Origin: Candidatus Peribacteria bacterium
GTDB taxonomy: Bacteria; Patescibacteriota; Gracilibacteria; Peribacterales; Peribacteraceae
Assembly: GCA_018652265.1 (NCBI GenBank)
Contig: JABICL010000030.1
Coordinates: 6,818-70,817, forward strand
DNA length: 64,000 nt
Direction of reading: 5' to 3'
The notes below the pieces were generated by a model. The model saw nothing but the letters and a program-made list of their open reading frames with translations. It did not search any database and was not told the origin of the DNA. The translations under genes and the position numbers were made by a program. Shown here in pieces: positions 55,013 through 62,171 of this stretch; within the stretch, counting starts at the first letter, position 1; the number at the start of each line of letters is the position of its first letter.

Positions 55013-55833
55013 ATACATCACCTAAAATATCGGCAATTATTCTCAACTACAAAACTCCTCATGAAACACTCGCATGCGTTGATGCATTACTTGCACAAAC
55101 AATCTCAGAGGAAATAGAAATAATTATCGTAGATAATGACTCCAGAGATTCTTCTGTAGAAATTCTTAGAAGTCTTCTTGGAAAAGAAAAGCCAATCAAA
55201 TTAATGCAAACAGAAAAGAATATTGGATTCTCTGGAGGTAATAATCTAGGAGTAAAAACTGCATCTGGAGATTACATACTAATCGTAAATCCAGATACTA
55301 CACTCGAAAAGGATTCTCTAGAAAAGATGTTCAATTTCTTAAATAGTAGAGATGACATAGCAATAGTGGGACCACAACTTGTATTTCCAAGTGGGACCAT
55401 AAGAGATTCATACAGAACATTTCCTACTATTCTAGACATAATCATAAAGCGCACTCCACTAAGTATTTTCTTTCCAAAGAGAATGCGTGACTATTTGCAA
55501 TGGGACAAAAGTCCGTATGAAACACGTGAAGTCGATTGGCTTGTGGGTGCATGCATGTTTATAAAAAAGGACTTTTTCGAAAAAATTGGCGGATTTGACG
55601 AAAGATTCTTCTTGTTCTTCGATGATACGGATTTATGCAAAAGATGTAGATTAAATGGTAAAAAGGTTGTCTATTTCCCCGAAGCAAAAGGGCATGATAG
55701 CCAGAATCGCCTTAGCTCAGGCGGAATGCTGTCATTTCTATGGAAAAAAACTGTGAGAATTCACATTATCAGTGCCATCAAATACTTCTGGAAATGGAGA
55801 AAAATTCTTGCTCGGAAAGCCTCATTACAATAA
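55009..55833 (+). CDS. Glycosyltransferase family 2
   Basis: SAIILNYKT..VDNDSRDSS..GFSGGNN..DTDLCKR; overlaps the previous stop. Confidence 0.85.
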   Translation: MNTSPKISAIILNYKTPHETLACVDALLAQTISEEIEIIIVDNDSRDSSVEILRSLLGKEKPIKLMQTEKNIGFSGGNNLGVKTASGDYILIVNPDTTLEKDSLEKMFNFLNSRDDIAIVGPQLVFPSGTIRDSYRTFPTILDIIIKRTPLSIFFPKRMRDYLQWDKSPYETREVDWLVGACMFIKKDFFEKIGGFDERFFLFFDDTDLCKRCRLNGKKVVYFPEAKGHDSQNRLSSGGMLSFLWKKTVRIHIISAIKYFWKWRKILARKASLQ

Positions 55834-55845
55834 CCTTTCCCTGCT

Positions 55846-56502
55846 ATGTCTCAAATCACACTAGAAATCACACCACGAACCAAAGAAAAGAAAGTAAAAG
55901 ATCTTAGGGAGCAAGGCACTGTGCCATGCGTCTTATATGGACATGAAATAGAAAATCAACAAATAGAATGTGATGAACAAGAATTTCACAAGACTTTTGT
56001 ACGCGCAGGAGAAAGTACAATCATAGATTTAGACATGGGAGGGAAAAAGACATCTGTTCTTATACACAAAATAGATCGAGATCCAGTAACAGACAGATGT
56101 ATACACATAGATTTCTTTGCTCCAAATATGAAAAAAGAGATAACTACACACATTTCTATAGTTGCAAACGGAGAAGTTCCTGCAGTAAAAGAGCTTGGCG
56201 GAGTACTCGTAACTCATAGAGATTCCATAGAAGTAAGATGTCTTCCAAAAGATCTTCCACATGAAATAGTGGTTGATCTATCTAAACTTGCAGAAATTGG
56301 TGATTCAATCTCCGTATCAGACTTAAGCTTAGGAGAGAATGTTGCAGCTCAACTCGAAGATGATGAAATAATCTTTGCAGTAGAAGCCCCTAGAAAAGAA
56401 GAGGTTGTCGAGAAACCAGCAGAAGGCGAAGAAGGAGAAGCTACAGAGGAAGGAGAAAAGAAAGAAGGAGAAGCTGCAGAAGAAGGAGAAAAGAAAGAGT
56501 AA
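55846..56502 (+). CDS. rplY: 50S ribosomal protein L25 (Ctc form) with acidic repeat tail
   Basis: ..LREQGTVPCVLYG.. N-terminal L25 domain, second beta domain, EGEKKEGEAAEEGEKKE tail. Confidence 0.88.
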   Translation: MSQITLEITPRTKEKKVKDLREQGTVPCVLYGHEIENQQIECDEQEFHKTFVRAGESTIIDLDMGGKKTSVLIHKIDRDPVTDRCIHIDFFAPNMKKEITTHISIVANGEVPAVKELGGVLVTHRDSIEVRCLPKDLPHEIVVDLSKLAEIGDSISVSDLSLGENVAAQLEDDEIIFAVEAPRKEEVVEKPAEGEEGEATEEGEKKEGEAAEEGEKKE

Positions 56503-56513
56503 CCTTAACTCAA

Positions 56514-57572
56514 ATGCAGATTAAATCTAAAATCCCTTGGCTGGTTGCGTGTGTAGCGTGCGCTGCATATATGTTTTTTGTGCCATACGTCCCACACATA
56601 CCTAAAGCACCTAAGATCCCTGCAATTAGCACAGCACTTCCTACTACAGATGCTTTACTAATAAGCTCCTCTAGTCACATCTCTCCACAGATAATTTCAT
56701 ATCTTCCACTTGTTCCATCATCTTCTGGAAAGAAAAAATCTGTGCAATTAGTTGCTTCCATGATAGAAAACCACATGGAGTCGCGTCCTCAGAAAGGATT
56801 AAAAGATGCAATCATAGTTTTTGAGCTCATAGTAGAAGGTGATATATCTAGATTCTTGGCAATTTTTAGAGCCGATAGATTACCAAAAATTATAGAGCCT
56901 ATCAGATCACTTAGACCTCATTTTGTAAGTGTCGTTGCTCCATTTAGACCTCTCATGCTCCATGCGGGAGGAAGTGCAATCGCATATGAGGCTCTTGGAA
57001 GAAATCCTCAGATCCAAAACCACGATGCTATTAGATACGATGGTGAAACTTACGAAAGAGATCCAAAAAAAGATGCTCCTCACAATCTTATGATCACTCG
57101 TAAGGCAATCGAATCTGTTATAGAGAAAAAGAATCTACTAGATTTTGATCTTCCTGTATTCCCAACAACATATGATTTCGTATCTCCGAAGGATTATGAA
57201 GTCGCCAAGAAGATTAATTTAAGTTTTGGAAGTCCAAATCACAACGTAACTTACACATACAGTCCATTACGAGGATCCTCTTATGTACGCTCTATAAAAG
57301 GCGCAGATAAACAAGCAAGACCAAAGAATGTATTAGTTTTGGAAACTCACATAGAAGGATTTGGAGAGCCAAACACAATTCCTTGGACCAAAACATTTGG
57401 GAATGGAAAGCTCTTACTTTTCTCTAAAGGAAAAGTGTGGAGAGGAACATGGGAACGAGAAAAAGGCCAAGTCTTCAGGTTCTATGATGATTCTGGAAAT
57501 GTATTACCACTTGAAAGCGGACAGATATGGATAACTATGGTTCCAGATCTTGGTAGAGCTAGCTGGGAATAA
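56514..57572 (+). CDS. DUF3048 domain protein
   Basis: N-terminal anchor; MIENHMESRPQKGL..IVFELIVEGDISRFLAIF pattern. Confidence 0.7.
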   Translation: MQIKSKIPWLVACVACAAYMFFVPYVPHIPKAPKIPAISTALPTTDALLISSSSHISPQIISYLPLVPSSSGKKKSVQLVASMIENHMESRPQKGLKDAIIVFELIVEGDISRFLAIFRADRLPKIIEPIRSLRPHFVSVVAPFRPLMLHAGGSAIAYEALGRNPQIQNHDAIRYDGETYERDPKKDAPHNLMITRKAIESVIEKKNLLDFDLPVFPTTYDFVSPKDYEVAKKINLSFGSPNHNVTYTYSPLRGSSYVRSIKGADKQARPKNVLVLETHIEGFGEPNTIPWTKTFGNGKLLLFSKGKVWRGTWEREKGQVFRFYDDSGNVLPLESGQIWITMVPDLGRASWE

Positions 57573-58314
57573 GCTTGCTCACAACCTCTTCTACCAGCTT
57601 CTTCATAAGCCCATTTATTTCTGCAATCTCGGATTCCTTGGCTTTTAGTGTCCCCTCTTCTGTATAGAGTCCATGATTTACCTCTATCTGAATTCCAGGA
57701 ACCAGGAAGTGAGGGATTCGCTTTCTGTGACAGTGTCTGCCTAAAATATATCTACCACTATATGGATCATTTATAGATACGCTATAACCGTGACGCTCAA
57801 AGAAATCACGGAAAAATACTGTGTGCTCGCGAGTGCATGAGGTCCAATTCACATTTCCTAGATTTATATCTTTACGAGGCTTGCCTTCATCTGGCTTTCC
57901 TGGAGGGCCTACTGGAGTATAGCTATGGCAATCGATTAAAAATCTTGCATCTGCCATATAGGCATCTATCTCTGCATGAAAAGGATCATGATATTTCTTT
58001 ATAAGACTTTCAAATTGTTTTTCTGTTGGTTCAATTTTGTATATCTGCTCTCCATTCCAAGTTTTATGAACCATCACACCATCTTTACCTCCTTCGTATT
58101 CTTTACTTATATCATCAGGTGCTCGATTAACATCCAAAAGCACGCGAGAGACACCTTCACTCTTTACAGTATAGGCATCAGGGATTTTATATATACGATC
58201 TGTATATAGATCAGAATAAGGGAACAGCTCTTCTTCCGAGAGAAGTACATTCTCTTTCAGTTCTTCTGGGATACTGAACGAATAGTGCGGTAATGACAGA
58301 ATTATTGGATGCAC
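57559..58314 (-). CDS. N-formylglutamate amidohydrolase family protein
   Basis: LSLPHYS.., LLDVNRAPDD, LIDCHSY, DINLGN pattern; GTG start. Confidence 0.65.
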   Translation of the reverse strand: MHPIILSLPHYSFSIPEELKENVLLSEEELFPYSDLYTDRIYKIPDAYTVKSEGVSRVLLDVNRAPDDISKEYEGGKDGVMVHKTWNGEQIYKIEPTEKQFESLIKKYHDPFHAEIDAYMADARFLIDCHSYTPVGPPGKPDEGKPRKDINLGNVNWTSCTREHTVFFRDFFERHGYSVSINDPYSGRYILGRHCHRKRIPHFLVPGIQIEVNHGLYTEEGTLKAKESEIAEINGLMKKLVEEVVSKLIPS

Positions 58315-58378
58315 GGTTTAATAATGTTTATGGCTATAAGCATTCCCCGTTCGCCACGGCGGATAAACTAAGTGGGAG

Positions 58379-59215
58379 TTACTTGGATATTTTGAATTTG
58401 TTTTCGAATAATTTTTTGGCAGGTATTACAACTGTGCTATCACCACTTTTTATAACAACACCTGTAATCAAGAATTTTACGATTTCCCCCTTAATGTCAC
58501 ATTCACAATCTATATGATCTCCTATTTTCAAATGTGATTTAAGCTGCATACATGTAATAGCATTTTCCAAAAATGGCTTAGCAGCGAGTGCGCCTGCAAA
58601 ACTGATAGCAATAAATAGTATTGCGAGTATTCGTGCTGCATTCATAGTAATTACAGATACATCGAAACCTATTTGCTGCAATGCAATCAGACAAACAAAT
58701 ATTACTATAACCACCTGTACTACGGCACCAAGCAATTCAGCATATGAAATTCCTGCCTTAGCACAAAAAGTAGAAACAACGTCCCGTAAAAACCTTCCAA
58801 GAATTAAACCTATTACAAGTATAAATAGTCCGACTATAAGATGTGGAATATATGAAACTATTGCACCTATCGCATCAGACACAGCTCCAAGCTGGAGAAT
58901 ATCTGTTATAAGAAGTAGTGCAGCTAAAATTATTAACCAATAGATCAAAAAACAAAAAATACTAGATACACTTCTCTTTATTCCTACCATTCTTAGCATT
59001 CTGTCTACATTTACCTTGTTTGCAATTTTATCTAGACCCAAAACATCAAAAATATGCTTCACAAGTTTGCATGCAATACGTGCAACTATAATGCTCACAA
59101 TGAGCACCAAGAGTGCAAGTATTATTTGCGGAACCACTTCTACAATTTTGTCTGATGTTTGAGATAAAAGTTCAGAAGTTGTTTCTGAGAGCTGCTTTTT
59201 CATAGCGGAAAACAT
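58379..59215 (-). CDS. Membrane protein with conserved-TM-helix repeats (MscS-associated type)
   Basis: 278 aa; repeated TM helix + ..LGLDK../..AGISYA.. loops; TGcTATAAT 7 nt upstream of ATG. Confidence 0.5.
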   Translation of the reverse strand: MFSAMKKQLSETTSELLSQTSDKIVEVVPQIILALLVLIVSIIVARIACKLVKHIFDVLGLDKIANKVNVDRMLRMVGIKRSVSSIFCFLIYWLIILAALLLITDILQLGAVSDAIGAIVSYIPHLIVGLFILVIGLILGRFLRDVVSTFCAKAGISYAELLGAVVQVVIVIFVCLIALQQIGFDVSVITMNAARILAILFIAISFAGALAAKPFLENAITCMQLKSHLKIGDHIDCECDIKGEIVKFLITGVVIKSGDSTVVIPAKKLFENKFKISK

Positions 59216-59268
59216 ATTGTCTATTATAGCACATGGAGCAGTTTTTGTTTACCTACGATATATTTAGA

Positions 59269-59303
59269 AGTGGCTAGTGGGCAGTGGGCAGCGGATAGCA
59301 AAC
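59269..59303. repeat. Heptad block AGTGGNN x3-4 (+1)
   Basis: agtggct agtgggc agtgggc agcggat agcaaac, directly abutting repeat C copy 4. Confidence 0.8.
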
Positions 59304-59388
59304 AGCTCTCCTCGACCGAGTTCGCCGCGGCGAACGAGTGGAGAGGTAGCCTCTCGACATTCGCCTTTGGCGAATGCTCGAGGAAAGC
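59304..59388 (+). repeat. Repeat family C, copy 4 (intergenic)
   Basis: agctctcctcgaccgag-ttcgccgcggcgaa-cgagtggagagg..cctctcga..ctcgaggaaagc. Confidence 0.88.
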
Positions 59389-59487
59389 ACAACGAGCTGA
59401 GAAGCTATAAGTGTTATATAATTTGCTCTTTCATCAAAAATCTGTTAAAAAGTACGAGTAATTTTATTTTTTATCCCAATTCTTACT

Positions 59488-59628
59488 ATGTGTGGCGACG
59501 AAAACCCAACACCAGAAGCAGAAGTAAAAGAAGGCGGTTGCTGTAAAGAAGGAGAATGTGCAGCTCCTGATGCAGCTCCTGCAACAGAAGAAGCAACTCC
59601 AGAAGCAACAGATGCTCCTGCTGCTTAA
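59488..59628 (+). CDS. Small acidic Cys-containing protein (46 aa) MCGDENPTPEAEVKEGGCCKEGECAAPDAAPATEEATPEATDAPAA
   Basis: Below the ORF-track size cutoff; genome-typical codons; followed by a strong plus-strand terminator; no -10 box or SD at canonical distance. Confidence 0.35.
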   Translation: MCGDENPTPEAEVKEGGCCKEGECAAPDAAPATEEATPEATDAPAA

Positions 59629-59656
59629 TTAACTTTACAAAGTTTTTTAGATAAAG

Positions 59657-59687
59657 CGCGATACCCTAGGTATCGCGTTTTGTTTTT
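59657..59687 (+). terminator. Intrinsic terminator after the small ORF
   Basis: CGCGATACC-cta-GGTATCGCG + TTTTGTTTTT; no other plus-strand gene upstream, which implies a plus-strand transcript here. Confidence 0.7.
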
Positions 59688-62029
59688 GGTAAATAAATTG
59701 GATCTATAATCCCCTGTGTTTTCTCTATCAAATCTAAATCTTTCAAATTGATACGACCAATATACAAATCTTTCATATCTCCACCATTCTCTAGATACTC
59801 AGTTACATCTTTTAATCCACGGAAATAGATTAAATTTCTGGTGAATACTCCAGGCACAACAGTGTCTCCCATTCCTCGCTTAACTTTGAAACAAGTTCTA
59901 AGTGCCAAAACATCATCAAAACCTAATCTTCTTATATAAGATCTAAGTTCAGCAAATGAATGTTTGGATCCATAATTTATAGCCAGAATATTCATAGCAG
60001 GCCAAAATCTTTTTTCATGATTTTCTGGAAGAACTGCATTTTGATTATATATAGCAAGACCTTCCTGAGTATCTAAATAATCTGCCATACCACGCCTAAA
60101 GATTTGATAAGCCTGCTTCTCGCCATTTACAGCACAAAGAACGTGAGTTTCTATCTCATGCGCTATCAAACTATCTACCCTTTCTTTGGAAAATTCACTA
60201 CCTGCACGAATCATCACTTTCTTTCCTCCTACTGCACAATCAGAAACTGATGTAGATTTAATTTCTGCGCTCCATTCATTTAATCCATAACTCGTAAGTA
60301 TGTCCGAAAAAATATCTTTTACTTTTTCTGCTGAAAGCATTTCTTTTTTATTTGCATCTTTCTTGTCTTTTTTTCTAGATTGCAAAATCCCTCTCGCCTC
60401 TTTTACAAGCGATTGAATTGGAGAACCATAAAGAGCAATTGATGCAGTCTGAAAAGCAGAATTATCACCACGAACTTTAAGTAATTTAATTTTATTTATT
60501 ATTTCTTCTTTTTTCTTATCTAAAATTATGCCAAATGCAGAATCATCTGATTCCAGATACGAGAGCCTATCCATAAGCTCATTGGAATCGAAGTCTAACT
60601 CGGAATATTTAAATACAGGATTGTAATCTTTGTCTTCTTCTGCTTTTACCCTTTCTTCTTCTAGATTTTCTGGACGAATGTATTTAAGTAGTTGAACTTT
60701 CCTATCTATATCTGCAAGTTGCTTGTCTAATCTTTTCAAATCAACTGTTGTTTTTATACCTTCACTCTCTACGTTCTTACCAGGATCTACCAAGAAATTC
60801 TTTAGATCTCTCTTTCCAAGTGAGGCATGCACTCCTTCTTCCTCTATAGGAAGAGGAAAAACAACTGTTTGTAATTTTTTACCACCCAAAACAAACTTTA
60901 CCTTTATATTTCCATCAGAAGTTCTCTCGATTGCACCTAGCTGATCTAACTCATCTATAAGAGAAGGATCAAATACTGTTCTATCATGATCTGGTCTAAG
61001 TATTGCAGGAACAACCATAGATTTTTTTCCTCCTATTATTTCTATATCTTCTCTGGTTCCTAGAACTGGTTTTTCTTCTTTTGCTTCCGGTTCTTTTGCA
61101 GAAACTTTTTCACCAAATAAATCTTGAGCAATTCTTACACCTTTTTCTGGAGAACTTACGCTTAGTCCTTCTACGCGATCTAGCCTTTTTCCAAGTGGCG
61201 CTAGGTTTGCTAGCTGCACCCTAAGTCCTGCACGAGCATTTACCTCTAGAAGAATCGGCCCACTATCTTTATCTATCGTCATATCTACACCCAAGAAACC
61301 AATGTTTGTTATCTGCTGTATACGGGAAGATATAAGTAGCATCTCTTCCCAATAAGGAATCTTGAAATTCAAGATAGCTTTTCCATCTGGCAAAGTATCT
61401 ATTCTTTTAGTTCCTTGCACTGCAAAAGTTGTAGAGCCTTTTGCTATATCTATACCAAGTCCTATGCCACCAATGTGCAAGTTGGCCTTCCCTTCACTTT
61501 CTGCAGTAGGAAGTCTCATCATAGCCATCACAGGAACTAGGTTATGAACAATAATTCTGAGATCTGGAAGTCCTGCAGGTTTTACAGAATCAAAACAACT
61601 ATGCGAAATTATAGTTTGCTCAAAGAAAGCAACATCCTTTCTATGATTTAAAGAATACATTCCATCAAGAATATCTTCACAGTGTCTGAATATTTCTTCG
61701 TAACTTATATGTTTTCCTCCAGCAGTTTTCCATCCTCCATGTTCTTTTTTACTTAGGACTATTATTCCCTCTCCACCATAACCAAAATTAGGTTTAAGCA
61801 CACATGAATCAGGTAGTGACGAAAAATCAAAACTTCTTATATCTTCTCTAGAGCTAAGTTTAGCGTACAGCCTAGGCACAGGAACGCCTCTAGCTTCTAG
61901 GAAAGCTTTTGTTTTCAGCTTGTCATCTGCAAATGCAACTGCCTTTCTGGGATTGAAAGGTTTCAGGTATTTTAGGTTACGTGCATTTATACCAAGTATG
62001 CCGTGATTTTTTGGAAGAAAGAAAAACAT
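59666..62029 (-). CDS. Fusion: ATP-grasp alpha-L-glutamate-ligase-like domain + DUF1704 (QEGLA-motif, HExxH) domain
   Basis: N-terminal GILGINARNLKYL..DDKLKTKAFLE..KPNFGYGGEGI (ATP-grasp amidoligase type); C-terminal HEIETHVL ... TQEGLAIYNQ. Confidence 0.75.
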   Translation of the reverse strand: MFFFLPKNHGILGINARNLKYLKPFNPRKAVAFADDKLKTKAFLEARGVPVPRLYAKLSSREDIRSFDFSSLPDSCVLKPNFGYGGEGIIVLSKKEHGGWKTAGGKHISYEEIFRHCEDILDGMYSLNHRKDVAFFEQTIISHSCFDSVKPAGLPDLRIIVHNLVPVMAMMRLPTAESEGKANLHIGGIGLGIDIAKGSTTFAVQGTKRIDTLPDGKAILNFKIPYWEEMLLISSRIQQITNIGFLGVDMTIDKDSGPILLEVNARAGLRVQLANLAPLGKRLDRVEGLSVSSPEKGVRIAQDLFGEKVSAKEPEAKEEKPVLGTREDIEIIGGKKSMVVPAILRPDHDRTVFDPSLIDELDQLGAIERTSDGNIKVKFVLGGKKLQTVVFPLPIEEEGVHASLGKRDLKNFLVDPGKNVESEGIKTTVDLKRLDKQLADIDRKVQLLKYIRPENLEEERVKAEEDKDYNPVFKYSELDFDSNELMDRLSYLESDDSAFGIILDKKKEEIINKIKLLKVRGDNSAFQTASIALYGSPIQSLVKEARGILQSRKKDKKDANKKEMLSAEKVKDIFSDILTSYGLNEWSAEIKSTSVSDCAVGGKKVMIRAGSEFSKERVDSLIAHEIETHVLCAVNGEKQAYQIFRRGMADYLDTQEGLAIYNQNAVLPENHEKRFWPAMNILAINYGSKHSFAELRSYIRRLGFDDVLALRTCFKVKRGMGDTVVPGVFTRNLIYFRGLKDVTEYLENGGDMKDLYIGRINLKDLDLIEKTQGIIDPIYLPKTKRDT

Positions 62030-62171
62030 AACACTATACGGCTTCGCCGTTTTAAAAAATACTTATTAATTTTATTTATATCATCAAAATTGATCTCCGA
62101 TCCCGCTACGCCGCTATTATTCTCAATATTATTCATACACATTAATCATGTTTTAAATGCAAACTCACACC

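Noticed and set aside
59277-59546. 89-aa ORF in the ORF track
   Set aside because: It is a read-through of heptad block H11 and repeat C copy 4 (GC-rich, stop-poor). It has no start context and odd composition (Arg/Ser-rich).
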